A stretch of 54,996 nt of DNA. It comes from a virus (Duplodnaviria > Caudoviricetes). The stretch lies in IMG/VR virus record IMGVR_UViG_3300037424_001001, positions 1 to 54,996 of that record. One strand, 5' to 3'. This document shows, in pieces, positions 1 through 7,142 of this stretch. The notes under the pieces were generated by a model. It worked only from the letters and a program-made list of their open reading frames with translations. It did no database searches and was not told the DNA's origin. Numbering within the stretch: the first letter of the stretch is position 1; each line of letters opens with the position of its first letter. Both the position numbers and the translations under genes were made by a program.

Positions 1-217
1 TCCCCTGTTCTGCGGCCTGTCGCCTAAGGTCGTTTAGCCTCGGGTCTTCATCTATAAGGCCTAAGGCGATCAAGGTCGAAAAAGGTGAAAGCTTGTTGCG
101 AACATCGGCGCAAAAATCAGATAACCCGTCAATTAAGAGGGAATTGCTACCGCCTGTGGTTCCCGAAGTGTACGTGGTATCAACATCCTTCAGCACAGTG
201 CATCTTTTCGTTTTCAT
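1..217 (-). CDS. Hypothetical protein, partial (starts inside attC1, runs off the left end)
   Basis: ATG at 217 preceded by AAGGGG. The frame MKTKRCTVLKDVDTTYTSGTTGGSNSLLIDGLSDFCADVRNKLSPF... is open to position 1. Confidence 0.45.
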   Translation of the reverse strand, partial: MKTKRCTVLKDVDTTYTSGTTGGSNSLLIDGLSDFCADVRNKLSPFSTLIALGLIDEDPRLNDLRRQAAEQG

Positions 218-250
218 AATCCGCAATCCCCTTATCTCTGATCGTTATCT
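119..250 (+). other. attC site 1 (132 bp)
   Basis: R'' AGATAAC 119-125; arms TAAGAGGGAATTGC / GCAATCCCCTTA; R' GTTATCT 244-250. Confidence 0.8.
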
Positions 251-544
251 GAGTAATGACGGATGGTAGTCGTCGCCGTAAATTTCCTTCGCTGCCTGTT
301 CTCTAGCGGAGCGCATTTCTTCTCGGCTTGCGTCTCTCCGACATGCCCACAGATGCCCAAATTTCTCTTCCATTAATTCCACGGCTCGGGCCTCCATCTG
401 AGCACACATATCATCGCTCTCGGAAAATCCCTCGTATAGTGGTTGTATTCGGGAATCTAGCCGGAAAAAATCATTCAAAATTTCTTCCGGCATATTGGCC
501 GCAGCCAAGATTAATGCTACCTCCATGCAATCATTTTTATTCAT
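245..544 (-). CDS. Cassette hypothetical protein (99 aa)
   Basis: GGAG SD between R'' and the ATG; TAA stop lies in R' GTTATCT. Confidence 0.8.
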   Translation of the reverse strand: MNKNDCMEVALILAAANMPEEILNDFFRLDSRIQPLYEGFSESDDMCAQMEARAVELMEEKFGHLWACRRDASREEMRSAREQAAKEIYGDDYHPSLLR

Positions 545-558
545 GGTGTCTCCAAATC

Positions 559-662
559 AGATAACAATGGGTTCGAGCCGACGTTCAACTTTCGTGTGAC
601 CCTGAAAAACTCGGTGGTCGGCCAGCGTCCCGTCGCGCTGGCTCAACCCTGATCCGGTAGAC
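559..662 (+). other. attC site 2 (104 bp), R' mutated (GGTAGAC)
   Basis: R'' AGATAAC; L'' GTTCGAGC vs L' GCTCAAC (extra C on the left arm); R' is GGTAGAC instead of GTTAGAC. Confidence 0.8.
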
Positions 663-878
663 GCAAGCTTTTTGCTCGCACCAGTTGAGGTCGAAATTTC
701 TCATGGCCTTGTCCGGCGTATCGCCGAACCCGGCAACGCCCTCTTGTAGATTCTCGCCATAGAGGGCGCACCACTGGTTACCGTCAACAAACAACCGTGG
801 TCGCAACAACAGGGATGGGGCGCTTTGGTCGCAGGCGTTGGCATACATCTGATTCCAATAATCTTGCTCGCAGGCCAT
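585..878 (-). CDS. Cassette hypothetical protein (DGNQWCALYGENLQEG motif), C-terminus extended into attC2
   Basis: SD GGAG. The expected TAA in R' reads TAC, so the ORF continues into attC2. Confidence 0.8.
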   Translation of the reverse strand: MACEQDYWNQMYANACDQSAPSLLLRPRLFVDGNQWCALYGENLQEGVAGFGDTPDKAMRNFDLNWCEQKACVYRIRVEPARRDAGRPPSFSGSHES

Positions 879-897
879 ATTCTCTCCTAAGATTTGC

Positions 898-985
898 GTC
901 TAACCCAAGATTTCAAGCCGGACGGAATAAAGGGTTTCCCTTCGATTCGGCGGCACACCGCCGCCGCTTAAATCTACCGTTAGGC
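898..985 (+). other. attC site 3 (88 bp)
   Basis: R'' GTCTAAC; L'' TTTCAAGC vs L' GCTTAAA; R' GTTAGGC. Confidence 0.9.
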
Positions 986-1159
986 GCTTCGATTACCACC
1001 AGTTTTGTCAATAACGATTGGGTCGTTGTGCTGCATGAGTAGCCTCCTGAAATGTTCTTGGTTGGTATATTCCGCGTCCGGGTCTATCCCATTGCGTAGA
1101 AAAAATAGGTCTTCAAGTTGCATTCCTGCTGCTTCTTCGTGGGCTTCTCTGTTGGTCAT
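980..1159 (-). CDS. Cassette hypothetical protein (59 aa, MTNREAHEE...)
   Basis: Start re-called to ATG 1159 with SD GGAG; stop in R'. Confidence 0.7.
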   Translation of the reverse strand: MTNREAHEEAAGMQLEDLFFLRNGIDPDAEYTNQEHFRRLLMQHNDPIVIDKTGGNRSA

Positions 1160-1180
1160 ATTCTCCACCTTGGTAAAATC

Positions 1181-1283
1181 GCCTAACAATAAAATAAACA
1201 CGGACTGAACACAGTCAGTGTTGCCCCGAATGGGGCGGTAGTTCGCCAGTAGCACGTCGCAGCCGGTTATTTTGGCGTTATGC
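1181..1283 (+). other. attC site 4 (103 bp)
   Basis: R'' GCCTAAC; arms AATAAACACGGACTG / CAGCCGGTTATT; R' GTTATGC. Confidence 0.88.
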
Positions 1284-1628
1284 CTTTTTTGCTCTGGCCT
1301 CTTGCAAATAGCGCGCATGGCTTCCGTACGTTTGCGCCACCCCTTCGCAATGGCTTTGCAGAGACCGCAACGCACGAGCAAGAGTCTCCCCCTCGGCTCT
1401 AGCCAGCCACTTCGCTTTTTTACCAAAACCGGCGCTTTTCACTTCGTAAACAGCTATTTCAAGCGGCTTTTCTCGGCGCTCAATCATCAACGTTGAAAGC
1501 CGATTGAACCCGCTCGACTGAATCCCCGTTGCCGACAAATATACTTCTGGATTGCCGGATTTATGGATTGTCCAGGTGTAGCCTGGCATGACCTTCTCTA
1601 ACTCTTTTCTGAATTCTGCTGAGTTCAT
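1278..1628 (-). CDS. Cassette hypothetical protein (116 aa)
   Basis: ORF fills the cassette and stops in R'. The flanks GTTATGCCTT / AAGGCATAAC are a 10-bp complement. Confidence 0.8.
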   Translation of the reverse strand: MNSAEFRKELEKVMPGYTWTIHKSGNPEVYLSATGIQSSGFNRLSTLMIERREKPLEIAVYEVKSAGFGKKAKWLARAEGETLARALRSLQSHCEGVAQTYGSHARYLQEARAKKA

Positions 1629-1653
1629 GACTTTTCCCTTTCTACCTCCGAAG

Positions 1654-1758
1654 GCATAACCATAAAATGCAGTCGGACCGAATAGTGCTTTGCTACTCTC
1701 GAAAATTTCAGCGGGTTTCCGTCAGTTCGTCGCGGTCCGCTGATCAAATGCGTTAGGC
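1654..1758 (+). other. attC site 5 (105 bp)
   Basis: R'' GCATAAC; arms ATGCAGTCGGACCG / CGGTCCGCTGAT; R' GTTAGGC. Confidence 0.9.
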
Positions 1759-1962
1759 ATCTGAAATAATGGCGTGGAGCCAATCATTTATGTCGCTCAT
1801 TCGGTCACAAAGCTCTCTGCATTTCTGTATTTGTGCATCCGCTCCGACTTCCCCCCTTTCTTTCAGCCGAGCAAACAGCCGCTCTAGGTCATCAATATCA
1901 CCAACACACTCGTTCAATAGTCTTTTAGATTCTTCCGCAGCCCTTTTGACAAGCATTGCCAT
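1753..1962 (-). CDS. Cassette hypothetical helical protein (69 aa, MAMLVKRAAEE...)
   Basis: Start re-called to 1962 with SD GAGGAG; stop in R'. Confidence 0.75.
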   Translation of the reverse strand: MAMLVKRAAEESKRLLNECVGDIDDLERLFARLKERGEVGADAQIQKCRELCDRMSDINDWLHAIISDA

Positions 1963-1985
1963 GTAAACTCTCCTCTGTGGTAAAT

Positions 1986-2072
1986 GCCTAACCACTAAAA
2001 TGAAGGCGGACGGTGAGCCACTGGTGTTATTACCTGCGCTCTACCGCCGCCGCTTATTTTTGACCGTTATGT
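1986..2072 (+). other. attC site 6 (87 bp)
   Basis: R'' GCCTAAC; arms AATGAAGGCGGACGG / CCGCCGCTTATT; R' GTTATGT. Confidence 0.88.
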
Positions 2073-2348
2073 GAAAGAAACATCCCCGTCCCAAACGAGT
2101 TTTTGGGGTTTGAATTGGGGGTTTAGCCACCGGTTGATATTTTCGCGGATCTTGCCGCCGTCGACAAATTCGGCATCTTCCGGTGCGACAAACTCGGCTT
2201 CGTAGTAGTAGCGGTTACCGGCATTTCGTCCGCAGGGTCTACGTAAAATCCGCGTCGGTTCCAACGTCACAGATTTAACTAGGTTTTGATATGAGTTGGC
2301 GGAGACATACTTCCGATCCTTTGTTGCATACGCAATGTTCAATTTCAT
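2067..2348 (-). CDS. Cassette hypothetical protein (93 aa, MKLNIAYATK...)
   Basis: Start re-called to 2348 with SD GGAGG; stop in R'. Confidence 0.75.
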   Translation of the reverse strand: MKLNIAYATKDRKYVSANSYQNLVKSVTLEPTRILRRPCGRNAGNRYYYEAEFVAPEDAEFVDGGKIRENINRWLNPQFKPQKLVWDGDVSFT

Positions 2349-2365
2349 TTCTGCCTCCGTGAAAC

Positions 2366-2470
2366 ACATAACCAAAAAATTAACGGGACCGAATACGCTA
2401 TTAGCTTCCCCACAATGGGGCGCTGCTCCCCGGGCCGTCCCGTCGCGGTCCCGTTATCATGGCGTTAGGC
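2366..2470 (+). other. attC site 7 (105 bp)
   Basis: R'' ACATAAC; arms TAACGGGACCG / CGGTCCCGTTA; R' GTTAGGC. Confidence 0.88.
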
Positions 2471-2598
2471 TACAAAATAGTGCGCCTCAGCAGCAAGAAC
2501 CACTCTGCAACGCTGCGCCCCGTGAAAAATATAATTGCGATTCGTACCGACTCAGACACCATCGCACCGACAAAAAACCAAGCAATCCCGCTTTTCAT
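2470..2598 (-). CDS. Small hydrophobic protein (42 aa), second gene of a two-gene cassette
   Basis: MKSGIAWFFVGAMVSESVRIAIIFFTGRSVAEWFLLLRRTIL; ATGA overlap with the upstream stop; its TAG abuts R'. Confidence 0.55.
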   Translation of the reverse strand: MKSGIAWFFVGAMVSESVRIAIIFFTGRSVAEWFLLLRRTIL

Positions 2599-2861
2599 TT
2601 GTGCGCCTTTTTGAAAATCACGCTGCAACCGTCGTTACGCCTTAACGTCCTACCGTCCGGAGTTTCAACCTCAAACGGCATGCACCGATGTTTTTCGCCA
2701 GAGCAATCTTTCCGCCAGTCACAAGCTCGGCAAATATTTCCGCCGTCTCTTGGCTTCGCATCGCTCTTTAGTTCCGCGAAATACCCCGGTGGCGCTTCTC
2801 GGGGGTCTATCCTCGGTTCGGTGTTTTCTGTAAATAGCGTCAACTGCATCTCCGTCTCCAT
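2595..2861 (-). CDS. Cassette Cys-rich hypothetical protein (88 aa)
   Basis: CRACDW...C...C motif; ORF lies within the cassette. Confidence 0.75.
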   Translation of the reverse strand: METEMQLTLFTENTEPRIDPREAPPGYFAELKSDAKPRDGGNICRACDWRKDCSGEKHRCMPFEVETPDGRTLRRNDGCSVIFKKAHK

Positions 2862-2876
2862 TTTTCACCTAAAAAC

Positions 2877-2983
2877 GCCTAACCAAAAGATGCAGGCGGA
2901 CCGAAATAGGGCTCTGCTGGTCTCGAAAATCTCAGCGGGTTGCGTCTACTCGCGTCGCGGTCCGCTGATCAAAAGCGTTAGGC
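2877..2983 (+). other. attC site 8 (107 bp), close relative of attC5
   Basis: R'' GCCTAAC; arms GATGCAGGCGGACCG / CGGTCCGCTGATC; R' GTTAGGC. Confidence 0.9.
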
Positions 2984-3568
2984 TCTCATGGGCATCAACA
3001 TCCCGTCACCATCGTCCCACTTGAAATAGTTGCCCTTTTCCGGCTCAGTCGGCGCCAGTTTCATCCCGGGCAACTCTTTCAGCATGGTGAGATAATGAGA
3101 CGAAAATCCGGTGCATCCAATTGCGATTCTCTTCGTCACAATCTTCCTTCCCGTTCCGATACAGCTTGAGCAAATTGTGGCATTGCCAGAAACGGAGCCA
3201 TCACCACCGCACGTCTGGCACTCGCACTCATATTCGTTGTAGTCATTTTCCAGCATAACCTCGCCGTCGCCGTCACACTCCGGACACTTTGAAGTTTTGC
3301 CGACCCCTTTGCAAACAGTGCAGGTTTCTGGTTCCGGCTGGGGAAAATCGGGTATTCCAGCCAGTGCGGCGACAATATCTGGACCAACACCGTCAAACAT
3401 GACGGCGGCTTTTTCATTCAAGGCGTCCCACTCCGGCACGTCGGCCAGCCGTGGCACTCTCACCAAAACATGACCATTGGTGGCGTACGAGTAGAGGCCA
3501 AACGAGAAGGGGCCGCACATCTTCGGGTGTTCTGGCTGAGAAAAGACGCTAAGTTTTTCTTGGTTCAT
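2978..3568 (-). CDS. Cassette protein with DnaJ-type CxxCxGxG zinc finger and beta-clamp-like motifs
   Basis: Four CxxCxGxG repeats; ATNGH, FSSHYL and C-terminal LMPMR motifs; stop in R'. Confidence 0.75.
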   Translation of the reverse strand: MNQEKLSVFSQPEHPKMCGPFSFGLYSYATNGHVLVRVPRLADVPEWDALNEKAAVMFDGVGPDIVAALAGIPDFPQPEPETCTVCKGVGKTSKCPECDGDGEVMLENDYNEYECECQTCGGDGSVSGNATICSSCIGTGRKIVTKRIAIGCTGFSSHYLTMLKELPGMKLAPTEPEKGNYFKWDDGDGMLMPMRA

Positions 3569-3590
3569 CGCTATGTCCTCCGTGATAAGA

Positions 3591-3695
3591 GCCTAACCAT
3601 ACGATCAAGCGGGACTGGCTCAACATGGGCGGTTCTCGATAAGGGCATCTGGTCGCAGCCATTCTGCGCCAGCCCCTTATCTCTGATCGTTAGAT
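3591..3695 (+). other. attC site 9 (105 bp)
   Basis: R'' GCCTAAC; arms GATCAAGCGGGACTGGC / GCCAGCCCCTTATC (VCR-like arms); R' GTTAGAT. Confidence 0.9.
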
Positions 3696-3923
3696 GCCCT
3701 GAATATCGGAAACATCGATCCATCTCTCTGCCTTGCTAAACAGATTGATGATTTTCACTCCACGTCCGGAGACACACAAAACCTCAGCATTGTCACACGC
3801 CTTCATGTTGCCCTTTTTGAAAACGATGACACTCCCAACGGTTAATGTGGCTGCAAGCATTTTCTCGGCTGTTCGTTCCACTTCGCGGGCCATCTTAAAT
3901 TGGGTCTTAATGTTATTGAGCAT
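3690..3923 (-). CDS. Cassette hypothetical protein (77 aa)
   Basis: SD AAGGAG; stop in R'. Confidence 0.75.
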   Translation of the reverse strand: MLNNIKTQFKMAREVERTAEKMLAATLTVGSVIVFKKGNMKACDNAEVLCVSGRGVKIINLFSKAERWIDVSDIQGI

Positions 3924-3944
3924 TTCGTTTCTCCTTGGCGTAGC

Positions 3945-4049
3945 ATCTAACCATCCAATTCAGCGAACGGAATTGGCTTGACTGCTCCTCGTTAAAATCT
4001 CGTTGATCCTCGCCCGGCCCGTCGCCGTGCGCTGATCGGGGCGTTTTCA
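3945..4049 (+). other. attC site 10 (terminal, R' = GTTTTCA)
   Basis: R'' ATCTAAC; L'' AATTCAGC vs L' GCTGATC; only the GTT of R' is conserved. Confidence 0.8.
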
Positions 4050-4292
4050 ATCCTCGGGGACAAAGACAAGGCGGGCGATCCGACACTTGCCGTAGGTGCC
4101 TTCGATGTACGCCTTTCGCTTCAAAATATCCGTCAAGTTTGCACTTTTGACGTACTGCTCAAAGACAAGGGGGCCACCGTCATCGTGAAACACCCTTCCT
4201 GCGATGTCCACAGGGCGGTCATTCTCTGCGACAACAACATAAATTTCATTCTCTGACCAGTGGTGCGTTGCCTCCTCCTTTTCTGCTTGGGT
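4047..4292 (-). pseudogene. 81-codon open frame lacking an N-terminal ATG, in frame behind the rusA stop
   Basis: TQAEKEEATHHWSENEIYVVVAENDRPV...RLVFVPED* directly follows the TAA at 4293-4295. Confidence 0.4.
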
Positions 4293-4691
4293 TTATTCCT
4301 CGAACGGGTGAATTTCCATGATGATGTGCGAATTGCCGGGGCTGATCCCTCCCCACCGGAAGTTCGTTCCGGCGATGATCTTCTTGTGGTCCTCCTTCAG
4401 CACCTTATACTCGACCAGGGCATCACAGGCGAACTTATCGGCAACCGAAAGGATGTTGTTGGTATCAAGCTGCCGGTTGTTTTCCCAAAACAGGCGATAG
4501 GTCAGCAGGTAGGGGGGCGGGAACGGGATCACTAGGCCGCGGTATTGAAGCATCTGCTCCTTGAAGGCGATCTTGGCCTTGTTGAGAACCTGGAAGTGAG
4601 CGGTTCGGTACGCGTTCAGGTTGACCCGGAATTCCTTCTTGGCCGAAACCCATACGACAATCGGAAGTTTCAGGCGAATCACGCTATCCAT
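4293..4691 (-). CDS. rusA: RusA-like Holliday junction resolvase
   Basis: LDTNN...DAL...EDH acidic motifs; size and position in the recombination module. Confidence 0.7.
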   Translation of the reverse strand: MDSVIRLKLPIVVWVSAKKEFRVNLNAYRTAHFQVLNKAKIAFKEQMLQYRGLVIPFPPPYLLTYRLFWENNRQLDTNNILSVADKFACDALVEYKVLKEDHKKIIAGTNFRWGGISPGNSHIIMEIHPFEE

Positions 4692-5113
4692 GCCGCGCCC
4701 CCCTCGTCAGTAAGGACCTGGATGCAGAAGATACCGAAGGCGGGGCACATCAGCGCGCCGGGGAGAAGGGGGGTAATGGCTCCGGCCTGGCTCAAGATTG
4801 CGATCTCCCCCATGGTCAGGCTTCGCGGCTGGCCGTAGTTCTCGCTCTCTTTCCCGGAAAGGATCGATTGCCAGTCCTCCGGGGCCTGCTCACCGTCGAT
4901 TCTGTCACCGACGGTCTTGCATGTGTCGCACAGAACCGGGGGCAACTTCCTTCTCCTTTCGTCGACATCGACCATAACGGTAGCCTCGCAGCCACATTTG
5001 AGGCAATATGTCGGCGCCTCCCGTAGCCAGTCCTTCGCCTTCGATTCCAGTTTCGGCATTGCCTCTACCCTCCCTTTCATAAAAAAGAATCCCTCCGAAT
5101 ATTGCACCTTCAC
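4679..5113 (-). CDS. Hypothetical protein with CxxC pairs
   Basis: Co-oriented ORF; start uncertain. Confidence 0.6.
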   Translation of the reverse strand: MKVQYSEGFFFMKGRVEAMPKLESKAKDWLREAPTYCLKCGCEATVMVDVDERRRKLPPVLCDTCKTVGDRIDGEQAPEDWQSILSGKESENYGQPRSLTMGEIAILSQAGAITPLLPGALMCPAFGIFCIQVLTDEGGAAWIA

Positions 5114-5172
5114 ATTTTCAATCGATGGCCGGGACCGATTGCCCCGGCCACCTCAGAAAATATCAAGAGCGG

Positions 5173-5907
5173 TTAGTTGATGGTAAAGGTGGGATTCTCC
5201 CGAAGACAAACTTCTTCATGTTTCAGGATAGCGGCCCGGATCTCCCGCTTCAGGGTCTTCTTGTCGCACCCCATGGCGTCCAGGTCAAACTTGACGCTGG
5301 TCATGATCTCGTCGGTGATCTGTGCCGAGATCGTTGCCGGGTCAGGCGTTCCGACCGTGGCGCCGGTTTCGTCCCTTTCGACGGTGACGATGTAGGGATA
5401 GGGTGTCGTGAAACCGGCCAGCGTCAACGACCCGGCGACATCCCGGACTTCACCGAGAGCTTCGAGAAGGTCGACATACCGCGTCACGGTAAAGACCTCG
5501 ATGTCCTTGGCCTCTCCTTCCGGGGCGAGAGCATCGACGGTTTCCTGCTCGTCGAGATTCAACTGACGCTCCCAGGGGTGGATTTTCTCGATTTCCACCG
5601 TCTCGTAGCTGTCGAGCCGGACCAGGCGTTTCTCGTTGCGGTCCCAGTCGTAGTGCCATTGGCAGTCGACGGGACGAGACTCGCGCCCTTCCCGGATTCT
5701 TGCGGCGAGATCCCCGGCGGTGGCGTCCTTGGCGTCGATCCTGCCCTTGAACTGCTTCTTGATCGTGTCGATCTCCAGTTCCAGATTGGTCTTGTCTTTC
5801 AACTCCTGCGCCAGTTTCTCGCCATAGTGCTGCTTTTCCTCGTTGGTCAAAACCACCAGTAATTCACGATTTTCGATCCCTCGAAGGGCCTGCTTGATGC
5901 CGCTCAT
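5173..5907 (-). CDS. Hypothetical phage protein (244 aa)
   Basis: SD AAGGA; typical codon usage. Confidence 0.75.
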   Translation of the reverse strand: MSGIKQALRGIENRELLVVLTNEEKQHYGEKLAQELKDKTNLELEIDTIKKQFKGRIDAKDATAGDLAARIREGRESRPVDCQWHYDWDRNEKRLVRLDSYETVEIEKIHPWERQLNLDEQETVDALAPEGEAKDIEVFTVTRYVDLLEALGEVRDVAGSLTLAGFTTPYPYIVTVERDETGATVGTPDPATISAQITDEIMTSVKFDLDAMGCDKKTLKREIRAAILKHEEVCLRENPTFTIN

Positions 5908-5937
5908 ATACTCTGTCCTTTCCTGTAACGTAGGTTG

Positions 5938-6795
5938 TTAACGGAAGTGCGAAGTCGTCGTGTCATCGACCCGGCACCCGAACTGCTCCAGATTCATACC
6001 CGCCTCGGCCAGCCCCTTGAGGATTTTGGCAACGCCTTCGACGGCTCCCGGGGGGATGATGCCATCGGCAACACCGCGGCACAGGGCCTTGATGTCGACG
6101 ACCTCGACGGTAACGGTCCTGCGCCCGACGACGCCCTTGGTCTTTGCTGCAGGCGGTGCCGCAGGTGCCGCAACCGGGGGAGGAGGCGCAGCGGCCCGAC
6201 GCTCGGCCTCCCGGCGCAGGTCTTCGGCGCGCTTCTGGTGACCGGCAATCTTCGCCTCGAGGATGGAGATCTGCGACCGCATCAGACTGGCCTCTTCGTC
6301 GCTCGTCTCGGGAGCTTCGAGTTGATCCCGCAGTTCGGCCAGGTGGGCAGAGTCGTCGCCGGCCTTGGCGAGAATGGCGCCGACCTTGCGCTCGGCAGCG
6401 GCAATGCGCTTGGCCTGCTCTTTTCTGGCCTCCTCGGCGGCGAGGCGTCTTTCTTCTTCCTCCCGGCGCTTCTCGGCCAGCAGGAAGACGTTGGCCGTGT
6501 CGGTGACAATTGTTTTCGCCTCGCCGAGCGGGTCGAGGACCTTCTTCTCCTGGGCGACGGCGATCTTGTGGGCGGCAAAGGCGGCGTCCTTGATCGGCTT
6601 GTGGTGCTCCTGCACGAACTTTATCCGCTCGTTGAGTTGTCTCACGAAATCCCGGGCAACCTCCAACATGGGGATGGTGGAGATCTGCAGGGCCCTTGCC
6701 TGGTCGACAATCGTCAAGGCCACCTGCTCCTGAAGCGGCTGCTCCTCGGGCAGGGCCGGCAGTACGATGGTTTTTCCCTCCGTGGTCTTTTTCAT
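5938..6795 (-). CDS. Coiled-coil phage protein (285 aa)
   Basis: SD GAGGAG; Glu/Ala/Arg-rich helices. Confidence 0.75.
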   Translation of the reverse strand: MKKTTEGKTIVLPALPEEQPLQEQVALTIVDQARALQISTIPMLEVARDFVRQLNERIKFVQEHHKPIKDAAFAAHKIAVAQEKKVLDPLGEAKTIVTDTANVFLLAEKRREEEERRLAAEEARKEQAKRIAAAERKVGAILAKAGDDSAHLAELRDQLEAPETSDEEASLMRSQISILEAKIAGHQKRAEDLRREAERRAAAPPPPVAAPAAPPAAKTKGVVGRRTVTVEVVDIKALCRGVADGIIPPGAVEGVAKILKGLAEAGMNLEQFGCRVDDTTTSHFR

Positions 6796-6829
6796 TCTGT
6801 CTATCTCCTCTTGCGGTTAAGTGTGCGGG

Positions 6830-7120
6830 TCAGGCCGGATCGATCGAGATGATCTTGTCGACGGTGATGGACCTCCAGCCGTTGGCCTCCGTGTCGAAGG
6901 CGGCAAACAGGTGGTCGGGCGTCGGGCGTCCGGGCCGGTCGGTTTCGTCCTTGTCCTGCGGCCGGAACTCCTCCGGGATGGTTTCCGGGTCTCTGGTGCA
7001 AAGCATGGTTCGGATCGTCCCGTCCTTTTTCTCGAAAACAACCTTGACCTTCTTGGCCGACGAGAAGTGTCCGGCGATTTCTTCCCGGGAGAACTTCTTT
7101 TTCTCCTCTTTTTCTTCCAT
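6830..7120 (-). CDS. WYL_2/SH3 beta-barrel protein
   Basis: VVFEKKDGTIRTMLCT...FDTEANGWRSI motif; start re-called with SD AAGGAG. Confidence 0.7.
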   Translation of the reverse strand: MEEKEEKKKFSREEIAGHFSSAKKVKVVFEKKDGTIRTMLCTRDPETIPEEFRPQDKDETDRPGRPTPDHLFAAFDTEANGWRSITVDKIISIDPA

Positions 7121-7142
7121 GGTGCGCTCCTTCCTCTCTGCC

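Larger units (their letters stand above)
119..4049 (+). mobile_element. Integron-type gene cassette array (10 attC sites, no intI in window; CALIN-like)
   Basis: Ten 87-132 bp imperfect palindromes of the form RYYYAAC-like...GTTRRRY-like with L''/L' boxes separate short ORFs. Each cassette's leading R' is the reverse complement of its own R''. Confidence 0.92.

Noticed and set aside
980-2375. Longer ORF-track starts (1426, 1995, 2375) reaching into attC sites
   Set aside because: Internal ATGs with good SDs lie just inside each cassette.
2296-3024. 242-aa + strand ORF as a sense-oriented cassette gene
   Set aside because: It crosses two attC sites, has no convincing SD, and shadows better minus-strand genes.
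119-4049. CRISPR array or plain terminators as an explanation for the spaced palindromes
   Set aside because: The repeats are 87-132 bp and divergent, the spacers are whole genes, there are no U-tracts, and the attC box structure fits.
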